Assembly: GCF_963921235.1 (NCBI RefSeq)
Contig: NC_086109.1
Location: 2,567,082 to 2,606,000, forward strand
Source of the DNA: Mobula hypostoma
Taxonomy: Eukaryota
Length of the DNA: 38,919 nt
Direction of reading: 5' to 3'
How positions within the stretch are numbered: the first letter of the stretch is position 1; each line of letters begins with the position of its first letter. The notes beneath the pieces were generated by a model that had not been told where the DNA came from, did no database searches, and saw nothing but the letters and a program-made list of their open reading frames with translations. Shown here piece by piece: positions 23,598 through 36,187 of the stretch. A program made the translations under genes and the position numbers.

Positions 23598-23769
23598 GGA
23601 AAATCCCAGCCATTATAATCAGGAGGTGACTGTCATACACTGTGCCTCTGTCGTTCACTATCTTGCGAAACCATCGCCAAGACTACTGGCTTTCCAGGAC
23701 AGTAGAGAAAGAAGACTGTGTTGAGCCTAACTCTTGGCTGTTGTCTATCTGCAGCTTAGATAAAGACAG

Positions 23770-23800
23770 ATAAATAGATAGATAGATAGATAGATAGATA
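23770..23800 (+). repeat. (GATA)n microsatellite
   Basis: tagatagatagataga run. Confidence 0.9.
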
Positions 23801-23879
23801 AAAAATACAGGAGAAAATCTGCAGAAGTTGGAATGCAAGCAACACACAAAAAATGCTGAAGAAACACAGCAGAACTCAA

Positions 23880-24970
23880 TAGACAGACAGATACTTTATT
23901 GAACCCAAAGGAAATTGCGGTGTCACAGTAGCATTACATAGAAACATAGAAACATAGAAACATAGAGAAAATAGGTGCAGGAGTAGGCCATTCGGCCCTT
24001 CGAGCCTGCACCGCCATTTATTATGATCATGGCTGATCATCCAACTCAGAAAGTGCACAAATATATAAATATACAAATATTAGAAAAGAAGTAAGAAAGA
24101 ATAAAATAAGTTACCTGAAACAGTCTAACAGGAGGGGGTTATCACTTCCCCAGCAATAGGTTGACTTATTATAGAGCCTAACAGCTGAGGGTGAGAATGG
24201 TCTCATATATCGCTCTTTGGAGCAGTGCAGTTGTCTTAGTCTATTACTAAAAGTGCTCCTCTGTTCAGCGATGGTGGAATGCAGAGGGTGAGAGACTTTG
24301 TCCAGAATTGCCAGGATTTTCTATAGGGTCCTTTGTTCTACTGCAGCCTCCAATGAGTCCAGTTTGACTCCTATAACAGAGCCAGTCTTTCTAATCAGTT
24401 TATTGAGCCTGTTGGCATCACCCGTGTTGATGCCATTGCCCCAGCACACCACCGCATAGGCAATTGTACTGGAGACAACAGACTGGTAGAACATGTGTGT
24501 GTTGCTTGAATTTCCAGCATTTGCAGATTTCCTCATGTTTGCATTTTTAAATTAACTACTGCGAAGCCTCTTCCAGTGATGCCTACACTGAAGCTTCTTC
24601 CTATGGATGTTGTCTGGCCTGCTGCGTTCCACCAGCATTTTGTGTGTGTTGGATGTGAAGGAGAGGCCTGCATACTCCAAAGGACCTCAGTCTCCTCAGG
24701 AAGTAGAGGGGACTCTGGCCTTCTTGTACACATCCTTTGTGTTGGTGTTCCACTCAAGTCTGTCATCCATTTGTGCCCCCAGGTACTTGTAGATCCTCAC
24801 CGCATCCACACCCTCAGATCCTAACAGGGAGCAATGCGTTTAGTCTTCCTAAAGTCCATCACCATCTCCTTTGTCATACTGATGTTGAGGTGCAGATGAT
24901 TCAGCTTGCACTATTTGACAAAGGCTGGTGCCCCACATTTCTCAGACGTGCACCTGTCCATGTGGGACAG
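23880..24970 (-). mobile_element. Rex1/Babar fragment carrying CR1 and Penelope-derived insertions
   Basis: MFYQSVVSSTIAYAVVCWG...LNKLIRK and QRPESPLLPEETEVLW (frameshifted LYFLRRL) flank the insertions. Confidence 0.75.
23936..24050 (-). mobile_element. CR1 3' tip inserted into a Rex1/Babar copy
   Basis: (catagaaa)n tail plus about 90 bp that is nearly the exact reverse complement of 5398-5490. Confidence 0.85.
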
Positions 24971-25533
24971 TGAGATACAAGAGATACAAATGCTGCTGAT
25001 CCCAGCCTATGGCAGTAGTCTTCATGTGTGAGGGAGCAGAGCATCACACTTAACTTAGACCTGGTCAGCAGTCTACATAGGCAGGTGGGAGTTATAAGCA
25101 GGAAGGATGGGTGCAGTTGCAGTCCATTGTTCAGGGAGGGGGTAGAACAGAATATGGGTTTCTACACACAGCTTGGGCAGTGGCGATATCTGGCCTATAG
25201 TGCCCGTCAATCAGAGGGGTATAGCATTTGCAATGAAACTACTTAAAATTTCCAAACAATTTCTTGTCCCTTACAAATGGAATCTGGTGAAATTTTAATT
25301 GGCAGCAATGAGATAGCAGAACAATTAAATGTATACTTCAATTCTACCTTAGGAAAGGAAGACGCAAATAACCTTCCAGAAATAATAGGGCACCAAGTAT
25401 CAAAACCACTAAGAACTGGGGTTCAATTGTAAACAAAGTGTGAAAGCAGAGGCCTGATTGGATGAGGGCTATCCAATCAGGAGGAACGGACTACAGGTGG
25501 TATAAATACCACCGGACCAGACATGCCCAGGCA

Positions 25534-25580
25534 TTGTCCCTGAAGAAGATGGTAGAGTTTGTCATTGAAACGTCGGTTAT
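25534..25580 (+). ncRNA. Hammerhead ribozyme motif, second design with long stem II
   Basis: CTGAAGA 25540-46, extra A, gatggta/tgtcatt 7-bp stem with wobbles, GAAAC 25567-71, GTC 25572-74. Stem I is weak (cc/gg). Confidence 0.6.
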
Positions 25581-27472
25581 AATTGATATCTGTCCTGGCT
25601 GGAAGACTGAAAAGAATTCATTCATAGTATTGAGGAAATTAATAAAGAATTGCAAACTGGTGAGTATAATGTTACTAAAATGAAAAGGCTGTAACCTGTT
25701 ATAAAAGTGAAATAACAGAAACAATAACAGTTATAGAGAAAGGGTTAATAGGTCTGGAGTTTATTCCCTGGAATGTAGGTGACAGAGGGGAGATATATTG
25801 GAGGTGTACAAAACTGTGAGGGGTATAGATAGGATAAAATGCAAGCAGACTTTTTCCACCGCGGTTGGATGAGACTACCACATATGCAGCATGGTATCCG
25901 TGCCTCCTGCACCTTTCAGCGGCAGCAGCGAGAGCGACACTAGTCAAACGCAGGTGGACAACACTGAACACATACTCACTTTCCACTCTCACCCTCGTTG
26001 ATTTTAATCTTGTTTGGCGCTTCATTCAGCATGGAGTAATGGAGCCGACCATAGCGTCATGTTCCACCGTTATGGATAGATACAGCCTGCCCCAGGGATG
26101 GCCATAATTGCACTATTAGTTGTAGTTGTCTTTTGGAAAGAAAGCAAAGAATGGGATCTTTCTCAAGTTGGCAAGCTGTAACTAGTCACATGCTACAGAA
26201 TCGATGAATGAGTCTCAGCTAATCACTATTTATGTCAAAAAGTTGACCAAATGGAACCAAAGGTCATATTTTCAATTTTGCTGTTGATACTAAACTAGAT
26301 GGGATCGTGACCACAAAGGAAGATGTAAAGAGGCTTCAAGAGAACTTGGACCAGTTGTGTGAGTGGGAAAAACATGGCAGAGGTGGAATATAATGTGGAA
26401 TATTATGGTAATTCCACTTTGAGGCATACAGGAGAAAGGGAGAGCACTATTTAAACAGTGAGAATTATGTTGATGGGACCTGGGTGTTTTTTCTACTCAA
26501 GTCACCAAAGGCCAACTCTAAGGTGAAGAAACAATTTGTAAAGTAAATGCTATGTTTCCTTCATGATGACAGGATTTGAGTGAAGGGTGACAGGGGGACT
26601 GAGTTCAAGAGCCATGAGGTAACATCGCACTCTATAAAACTCTAGTTGGACCACACTTGTGTTCAGTATTGTATTCATTTCTCATTGTCCCATTATAGAA
26701 AAGATGTGGATGCTTAGAGAGTTCTGAGGAGATTTACCAGGATTTTGCACGGATTAGAGAACAGGTCCTATGAGGAAGAGTTGAGTGAGCTTGTGATTTC
26801 CTCTTTGGAGTGAAGAAGGATGATGACTGGCACAGACAGAGTGGACAACCAGGACACTGACGGCCACTGCCAGCGGGCACCCATTTTAGGCTGACTGGAG
26901 GGAAAATTAGTGAAGGTGTTAAATGTAGGTTTTTTTTTACACACAGAGTGGTTGGTGTCTGGAATGCAAAGCCAAGGGTGGTGGTAGAGGCTGATGGAGT
27001 AGTGACATTTAAGATGCCCTGAGATAGGCACATGGCTGTAAGAAAAATGTGCAATTAGGTGCTGTGTAGGGGGAAAGGGATACATTGATTATAAAGTAGG
27101 TTTAAATAGGGTGGGACAACATTGTGGATTAAAGAGCTGTTTTATGGAACAGAAAATTACAAAATTCTTGCAGGCTGGATTCAGGGATGAGGCTTCCATT
27201 GGACAAGGAGCTTACAGTCAAAGATACAGTCTTCAGATAAGGAGATGACTGAGATCATGAAATACAGAAGAAGAATTAGGCCACTTGTTCCATTGAGTCT
27301 GCTCCACCCTTCCATCAGAGCTGATTTATTTTCCCTCTCAGCCCCATTCTCCTGCCTTCTCCCAGGATCCTTTGACACCCTAACTCATCAAAGACCTATC
27401 AACCTCCACTCAACTATACCCACCTATAGGAGCTTCCAGTCTTGTTCCTCCCTTCTCCATGTTTCTGTAAAG

Positions 27473-27551
27473 CAAGGGTTCCCAAAGTGGTGTTCACGGA
27501 TCCCTCGGTTAACGATAGGGGTCCATGGCATAAAGAACTTGGGAACACCTG
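27473..27551. mobile_element. 79-bp hAT-type MITE
   Basis: Imperfect TIRs caagggttcccaa / ttgggaacacctg. Degenerate 8-bp TSD ctgtaaag / ctgaaaaa. Confidence 0.65.
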
Positions 27552-28767
27552 CTGAAAAAGTTATAATCTCCCAGTCTGATGTAGCTATGCCTGTCATGAG
27601 TTCATGCACCAAGACTGGTGCAGTTTTACAATGATCCTATCATGGTTATTGGATTTAATGAGAATGCGCACAAGAAAATGAATTTCAGGATTGAATGTGG
27701 TGACATATACTGTTTGTACTTTGATGATAAATTTGCTTTGAACTTTTGCACTTAGGTGGTTGTCATGTTTCTTACATTGGAATAAATCTAATTTAATCTG
27801 ACAGTCGTTCCCCACTCCCTGCCCTGCAACTGCTCAGTCTGTCATTGAATTCCATCTCAGTTTCTGGCCTTCCACCTGCTTCGCTTCAGGTTTGGATCCC
27901 ATGCTTCTGCCAGTGTACAATACTGTGCTGAAGTCTGAGATGCAATATATACGGCTGGGATGCCTCAGGGTTGCACTGTACTGTTGCCACAAAATGAAAT
28001 CATGGTCATAAAACTGACTCTGATATGGGTCTCTATTGTGGACTGAGAGTGGGAAGGGAACAAGGAGAGAAGAATCATGGTTGGAAAATGGGAAAGGGAG
28101 AGGGGAGGGAGCGGGAAACCCCATAGAGACATTCTGCAATGATCAATAAACCAATTGTTTGGAATCAAATGACCTTGTCTGGAGTCTCAGGGGTAGGTGT
28201 GCCTGCACACACACCAATCCCCACCCCTGGCGCTGTTTCTCTGCTACATGTCCCACTGCCCTCCCATAGAGCTCCAGCCTCACCATTCCCAACATCCTTT
28301 GCTCCCGTCAGATTTACAAACTCGCTTTCCACTCATATATTTTGTGCCTTAGACTATTGCACAGGACTTTAGTTTTAACCATCTTTAGTAGCACTAGTAA
28401 ATCTGCCCACTAGAATATTGATCCCCCTCTTGTCCATGTACCTCCCATCCCTCTTGTACAGGTCATCTCTATCCCAGAAGTGATCCCTATGGCCACAAAT
28501 CTAAATCCTTGCCCCCTGCACCAACCTTCAACTGTGCATTCATCTGCTATATCTTCCTATTCTTACCCTCACTAACTCTTAGCACAAGGAATAATTGAGG
28601 TATTAATGCCCTTGATGCCTGCTTTTTAATTTCTTACCTAACTCCCTATATTCACTCCAAAGGACTTCCCCCTTTTTCAACCTATGTCATTTGTGCCAAT
28701 GTGCTCAACGATTCCTCCATCTTGGGTTTCCGGGCAAGCTGATCCAGCTGCCCGGCGTGCTTTCACA

Positions 28768-29231
28768 GTGCCTGGAAGATTGTGGTGCAAACCTGCTTTC
28801 ACTGGTTAGAAATGGGGCCCTAAAAACCAAAGGGAGCATATAGTTCTGCTGAAGATTGAGGGTGTTTACTCCCGTGATGAAACTGAATTTTACCTGGGCA
28901 AGAGATGTGTCTATGTATACAAGGCAAAGAACAAGGCTGTCACTTCTGGTGGTAAACCAAATAAAACTGGTGTTATTTGAGGTCATGGTAACAGTGGCAT
29001 GGTCTGTGCTAAATTTAGAAGTAACCTGTCTGCAAAAGCTATCAGGCATAGGATTTGGGTAAACACAAAATAATCCGCAGATGCTGGGGTCAAAGCAACA
29101 CTCACAACACGCTGGAGGAACTCAGCAGGTCGGGCAGCATCCGTGGAAACGATCAGTCGATGTTTCAGGCCGGAACCCTTCGTCAGGACGTCGTTAGAAT
29201 TTGGGTGATGCTGTACCCATCAAGAATTTAA
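28768..29231 (+). pseudogene. RPL35A: Processed pseudogene of ribosomal protein L35a, interrupted by an insertion
   Basis: Intronless translation (V)[54 protein letters not shown]...[37 protein letters not shown]|MLYPSRI*. Start codon reads GTG, stops at 28807 and 28978, the KVTRA codons are missing, and AATAAA lies at 29255. Confidence 0.95.
29061..29194 (-). mobile_element. Short Penelope-derived insert in the RPL35A pseudogene
   Basis: 12-bp TSD taggatttgggt (29049-29060) / tagaatttgggt (29195-29206). Carries a hammerhead motif at 29154-29189. Confidence 0.85.
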
Positions 29232-30214
29232 AGCAAAGCTGTACGTAAGTTGAAAATAAATAGTCAAGTGGTATTAAAAATGATTTCTGGCTGAATCTCA
29301 TCTTCCTTGGGAATGTTCTGCAACTACTTCCTGGATATGGGCTGAAAGTAGGTGACACACCATTCCAACGCCCCTGTCTGTCACCAGGGGGAATCTCCTG
29401 TCTGTCTCTCTATTAAGTCTCCTATCACCATAGTCCTTTCTGCCTTCAGCGTTCCGTGCTAAGCCTCAAAGCCAGTCCTAGTGCCACAGCCTTGGTTGCT
29501 GCTTTCTCCTGAATGACCAAGGGGAATGGTCATGGAGGAATCCTGCACTCTGTGTACCCCTTCTCTCTGTCCCACTGGTCAGTCTACTACCAGCAGCCTG
29601 GATCAAGGAATGACCCCCTCACTGAAACTATGATGCCCTCAGCATCCTGGAAGATCTTTAATGCATCAAGCTCCAGCTCCTTAGCACAGTTAGCTATGAG
29701 CAGCAGCTGGCCACACTGACCTCAGGCACTCAGCGTCTCCCCGATCTCCCATATCCTGCAGGACAAGCGCACCACTGCCCTAGCTGCTATGTCAGTGCGC
29801 AGATTGACCCTGCTGAATCTGCTCAGAGACCCGCACATATTTGGATTTCCAAATTATGTTTTAAATAGAGATAGATTTCACATCAGTAAAAGCATCAAGG
29901 ATTATGAATAAAGGGCAGGAAAGTGAACAATACAATTGAATATCTACACAAAGAGTCTACTTGCTCTACATTCTGCCTTTCAAGTGTCACGTACCGTAGG
30001 TTCCTGTCCCTACCTACTTTTCTGTCAATTTATCATTTGCTCAATCCTTACCAAACCTTCCTGGGAGCTGGAGATCGTTACCTGCACGTGGTAACTCTTT
30101 ATGGGTTGCTTCTTGAAGTCAGGCATGCAAGGAACTTCTGTAAGACAGGGGGGATAAAAAAAATTCCAGGGTGTTCCATCCAGACTTTGTGTAACAGACC
30201 AAGCAATGTGCTTT

Positions 30215-30560
30215 ATTAGTGTATATTTAGATAGGGTAAATGCAAGCAGGCTTTTTCCACTGAGGTTGGGTGGGACTACAACCGGAAGTCATGGGTTAAG
30301 GGTGAAAGGTAAAAAGTTTAAAAAGAACATGAGGGGAAACTTCTTCACTCAGAGGTTTGTGAAAGTGTGGAATGAGATGGCAGCAAAAGTGGTACATGCA
30401 AGCTCGACTTCAACATTTTAAGAGAAGTTTGAATAGGTACATGGATAGCAGGTTAATGGAGGGCTATGTTTAATGCAGGAGATAGGTGTAGGCAGTTCAA
30501 ATGGTTTTGCCATGGATTAGTGAGTCTTAGGGCCTATTTCTTTGCCGTCCTTCTCTGTGA
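30215..30560 (+). mobile_element. CR1 3' fragment
   Basis: GHGLRVKG...MRGNFFTQRFVKVWN-type CR1 C-terminus. Confidence 0.8.
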
Positions 30561-31269
30561 CTCTATTATGCTGACCATCAAGAAAGAACAGAAGAAATAT
30601 CTTTATCATAGTTCTGCTGAAGGGTTTCGGCCTGAAACATCAACTGGACTCTATTCCTAGATGCTGCCTGGCCTGCTGAGTTCCTCCAGCATTTTGTGTG
30701 TGTTGCTCAGGTTTCTAGCATCTGCAGACTTTCTCTTGTTTGTGATCTTTAACATAGATATTTAAAAAACACATTTTAATATTTACTCAAAGCAAAACAA
30801 TGGTTACTTCCTGTACTTCCTACTTTCGCATCGTGTAACGACACTGTCCATCAGAAGGCAACAGCAAACCACTTGTGTGGAGATATTTGCCAAGAACTAT
30901 CATAGAAAGACCATGAACATCCACATTTAACAATACAGCACATAGCGGCCGAACAAACTTCCTACTTCACAATATATTTGTACCTGTGAGTAGCTCCACC
31001 AATACAGTAACTGCTGAAGTGATAAAAGAAAAAAGTCTAGTCACTACACTACGGCTCAGATTACTGCTACATTCACAGTTCATGATACAGAGTCTATATT
31101 GGGGATGATTAAATCAATATTGAACCACCACTTTGCAGAACATCATAATGCATTTTGAAATGGGACCCCAAGATTATGATTCATTGATGCCTCATGTCTA
31201 ACTCGCAGTGTCCTCCTACACCTTTCTAATAAAGTAAGGGTAAAACTTAGCACTTCCTCTTTTGATGCT

Positions 31270-31600
31270 CAACACATGCAAAATGCTGGAGGAACTCAGC
31301 AAGTCAGGCAGTGTCTATGGAAATGAATAAGCAGTCGACGTTTCAGGCTGATGTCCTTCTTCAGGGCTGGAAAGGAAGGGGGAACAACAGAATAAAAAGG
31401 AGAGGGGAAGGAGGATAACTAGAAGTTGGCAGGTGAGAAAGGTAAAGGGCTGGAGAAGATGGACTCTGATAGGACAGGAGTAGACCATGGGAGAAACAGA
31501 AGAAGGAGGGGCACCAGGGGGAGCTGATAGCAAGGTGAGGAGAAGAGGTAGAAGGAAAAGAATAAAAGAGTAGAAGGAGAAATTGATGTTCATGAGAAGA
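31270..31600 (-). mobile_element. Penelope-derived element with intact hammerhead core
   Basis: Same family end as the other copies; motif at 31332-31369. Confidence 0.75.
31332..31369 (-). ncRNA. Minimal type I hammerhead ribozyme motif
   Basis: Minus strand cagcc-CTGAAGA-agg acatcag cct-GAAAC-GTC-gactg: intact core, 3-bp stem II, stem I 4/5 paired, palindromic ACGT stem III. Confidence 0.7.
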
Positions 31601-31838
31601 AGAGACATCGAGTATAGAATATTGAGTTGTCATGTTAGTGGCTTATCAGCAAGAGCAAGAGGAGAATAAAGTTGGCTGTGCTCCATATTACACTGACAGA
31701 TCTCCAGCTATTGCTGTGGGTCAGTATGACAGTCAGAATCAGCTTTAAATTCACCAGAATATGTGGTGACAATTGCTAACTTTGCGGCAGCTGTACAATG
31801 CAATGTGTAATAATAGGGGGATAAGAAAGCTGTGAATT

Positions 31839-34800
31839 GTGGGGGGTGGTGGGAGGGGCTTCACGTTTTAGTTTTTTTCTTCTTGGGCTATTTACATTAC
31901 TGAAGCATTGGTTGCGTTCTCCTTCCCGTTATCTCTGGTTTGTTCTGTTCCCTTTCCGGGTTCGTGGGTCGAACCTATCGTCAATCCTCTTTTTTGCCGG
32001 TTGACTTTAGGGTTTATGGAGTCTATTATTAATTTTGTCTCCTGGAATACTAATGGTCTTAATCATCCAATTAAAAGGAAAAAAAGTTTTTAAAGTATTC
32101 CGGAGACTTAAAGCACATGTTCTATTTTTACAAGAGACCCATGTGCGGAGGGGGGGCAGACTACGTTTTTTTAAATTTTGGAAGGAACAACAGTTTCATT
32201 CAAACTCTAACGCTATGATTCGAGGCGTCTCTATTTTTATAGACTCCTCAGTTACTTTTGTACAACATGATATTATCTCTGATCCGAATGGCAGATTTCT
32301 ACTGGTTAGTGGTCTATTATTTAATAAAAAGGTAGTTTTGGTTAACGTTTATGCTCCCAATATCGACTGTCCGGAATTTTATAAATCACTATTTAATCGG
32401 TTCCCGAATTTGAATGAGTTTTCATTGCTCTGGGGCGGAGATCTTAATACTTGCTTATCTCCAGTTTTGGACCGTTCGGCTCCTCTACGGACCTTACCCA
32501 ATAAATCTGCAACTTTGATTAATTCATTCCTCTCTGATTCTGGGTCGACGGACATTTGGCGTTTTTTGCATCCTCAGGAAAAAGATTTTTCTTTTTTTTC
32601 ACATGTTCACCATTCCTATTCAAGAGTTGATTATTTCTTTATTGACTCTCGTCTTATTTCTTCAGTGATTAAATGTGATTATGACTCTATAACCATTTCG
32701 GATCATGCTCCACTTAAGCTTTCTATTAAAATTCAGGTCAATACACAAAATAATAGACAATGGTGTTTTAATTCGCTGTTGCTTCAGGACTCGGATTTTG
32801 TTAATTTTATGAATGAACAGATTGATCTCTTTTTTACAATCAACTACACAGAGGATATTTCTGTGAACATTCTTTGGGATGCTTTTAAATCTTATATTCG
32901 TGGTCAGATTATCTCGTATTCTGCTGCTTTGAGGAAGAAGCTGAAGCAGGAGGAGCTGGTAATTGTGGACAAGATTAAGGAAATTGATAAGAAATATGTT
33001 ACAGCTCCCTCTGAGGAGTTGTATAAACAAAGAACTGAACTTCAAATGGAACACAGTTTATTACTTTCGTCCTCGATTGTAAACCAATTAAAGAAAACAA
33101 GAAGTGAATTTTATGCACATAGTGACAAAGTTGGCAAACTGTTGGCTAACCAACTGAAGTCTAATTATACTAAATCTCAAATTAATCAGATTTATAATCA
33201 AAATGATCGACTGATACTTGATCATGCGGAGATTAATCAAACCTTTTTTAATTTTTATTCTTCCTTATATCAATCAGAGTCTTTACGAGACTCTAAATAT
33301 ATGAATGACTTTTTAGATAACCTAGATTTCCCTGAGATTTCACAGGATATGTCTTCTATGCTAGATACTCCCATTACCACTGATGAGATTAAGAATGTCA
33401 TTTCCTCTATGAACCTGGGGAAAGCTCCTGGCCCTGATGGGTTTACCGCGGACCTTTTTTTGCACCTTCATTAATCCCTTGGCTCTGTAGGGTTTTGGAG
33501 GCTTCATTAAAACTTGGTAAACTTCCCGAATCCTTCTATAGAGCGTCAATCTCTCTAATATTAAAGAAGGATAAAGATCCTGCTCAATGTGCATCTTATA
33601 GACCAATATCTTTATTAAATATTGATTCTAAAATATTTTCTAAATTATTAGCAAACAGATTAGAAAAAGTACTTCCTTTTATTATCTCGGAAGACCAGAC
33701 GGGTTTTATTAAAGGTCGTTACTCTTTCTATAACATTCGCACACTGTTAAATATTGTTTATACCCCCTCACAAAATGTTCCTGAGTGTGTTATCTCTTTA
33801 GATGCTGAAAAAGCTTTTGATAGAGTGGAATGGCCTTACTTATTTAAGGTGCTTGAAATGTTTAATTTTAGCTCGAAATTTATATCCTGGATCAAATTGT
33901 TATATCATTCTCCTATGGCCTCGGTCCGTACTAACTCTTTAAGCTCACCTTTTTTCCCTCTTTTTCGAGGTACTAGACAAGGTTGTCCTCTTAGTCCTTT
34001 ATTATTTGATATTGCATTAGAACCTCTTGCAATTGCCATTCGAGAATCTCCAAATATTATTGAGATAACTCGGGGCTTAAATTCCCATAAAATATCACTC
34101 TATGCTGATGACTTACTTTTATATATTTCTAATCTTCAAAAATCCATCCCTGCTGTTTTAGATTTATTAGCACAATTTAGTCTTTTTTTAGGTTATAAAT
34201 TAAATCTTAGTAAGAGTGAACTTTTCCTGATTAATAAACAACTTCCCTTGTATCATAACTTTCTGTTTAAATTGATTAATAATTATTTTTCATATCTTGG
34301 GATTAAAATTACTTGTAAACACAAAGATTTATTTAAGACTAATTTTTTACCCTTAATTGATCATATTACTCAACTTTCATCTGAATGGTTTCCATTATAT
34401 TTAACTTTGATTGGTCGTATTAATGCAGTTAAGATGTTTATTTTGCCAAAATTTTTATATATATATTTCAGGCATTACCGATTTTTGTTCCAAAATCTTT
34501 TTTTGATAAAGTTGACTCTAAAATTTCTTATTTGGCAATTATTTGGCACAATAAAAACCCGAGACTGGGTAAAATACATTTACAGAAAGCTAAGAGAGAT
34601 GGAGGTTTAGCATTACCTAACTTTAGATTCTATTATTGGGCAATTAATATTCGACATATGAAATTTTGGTTACTTGACCAAGATACACTATCCATTCCTA
34701 AATGTGTAGTATTGGAATTACAATCTGCTCAGGGCTATGCCCTTGGCTCTATTTTAGGTTTCTCTCTTCCTTTCGATTTGAAACGCCTCAAACAGGTCTG

Positions 34801-36187
34801 TAACCCGATAGTTAAATATTACGTATTTGGTTTCAATTCAGAAAATTTTTCGATCTTAACCAATTTGGGCTAGCGATCCCTATTTTAGGTAACATATTTT
34901 TTCCTCCCTCTTTCACGGATCGTGCTTTTCAAATTTGGAAGACTAAGGGTATTTCACGGTTTTTGGATTTATTTTTAGATGGTTCCCTTATTGTCTTTTG
35001 AACAATTATCTAATAAATATAATTTACCAAGAATACAGTTTTTTAGATATCTTCAAGTTAGAAATTTCCTAAGTACTATACTTTCTTCCTTTCCAATGCT
35101 CCCTCCTACATACATTTTAGATACTATAATTAACCTTAATCCATGTCAGAAAGGTGCAACGGCTATTATTTATAATATTATTATGAAACTTAGGAAAGCT
35201 CCATTTGATAAGATTAGGTCAGATTGGGAACAGGAATTGGGTTCTATTATTTCTGTGGATGACTGGGGGCAGATTTTACAATTAGTCAATACTTCCTCTA
35301 TCTGTACTAAACATTCCCTAATTCAATTTAAAGTTGTCCATAGAGCACATATGTCCAAAGATAAATTAGCTCATTTCTATTCTCATATTAATCCTTTTTG
35401 TGATAGATGTCCGGGGCAGATAGCCTCTTTAACTCATATGTTTTGGTCTTGTCCTACTCTAGAAACTTTTTGGAGAGACATTTTTAATATTATCTCAAAG
35501 GTATTGAATATAGATATCTCTCCTCATCCTATTACTGCTATCTTTGGATTACCTAAAATTTCCAGTAATCTTTCTCCTTCAGCCCGTAGAATGATTGCAT
35601 TTCTTACTTTAATGACGAAAAGATGTATCTTACAACATTGGAAAGAGCCTAATGCTCCAACTACCTTTTTTTGGTTTTCCCAGACAATATTATGCTTAAA
35701 TTTGGAGAAAATTAGAAGTAATCTTTATGATTCCTCACTTAAATTTGAACAGACCTGGAGATATTTTATTCAATATTTTCATTTAAGGTAATTTTTTTCT
35801 CTTTTGGTCCATATTTATATTCCCTTCTTGCTTTTTTTTTAACTGTTTTTAATGGAGGTCGGGTTTGAGGACGTGATTTTAAGTTTTTTAACTCTACCTG
35901 TTTCCAAGTTAGCCCATTGCTTTGCTTTGCTTTTAGTTTAGTTGCACAGTGGGTTTTTTTGGGGGGCTTTTTTTGGGTTTTTTTTCCTTTTCTCTATTGA
36001 TATATACATATAAAAATTAGTATACTATTATTTTACCTTATTATTTTATGTTTAAATCACACTGTTTGTATCAATTTTTTTTCTGTATTAATATCTCCTG
36101 TAATATTATTATATTCTAACAGTGTATTAGTGCCTATATGGTTTACCTTTTGTATACTTATTCAATAAAAAGATTTAAAAAGAAAGA
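31839..36187 (+). mobile_element. L1/Tx1-like LINE, 5'-truncated (complete ORF2 from ATG 32016 to stop 35791, frameshifted)
   Basis: APE motifs SWNTNGL, FLQETH, NVYAPN, GGDLN, SDH. RT motifs KAPGPDG, YRPISLLN, SLDAEKAFD, GTRQGCPLSP, YADD. C-terminal CDRC...HMFWSC. 3' AATAAA plus A-rich tail. 16-bp TSD aagaaagctgtgaatt at 31823-31838 and 36188-36203. Confidence 0.95.

Noticed and set aside
5398-24050. Inverted CR1 tips as back-splicing (circRNA) drivers
   Set aside because: Only about 90 bp, 18 kb apart, and the downstream copy lies beyond the last exon, which has no donor.
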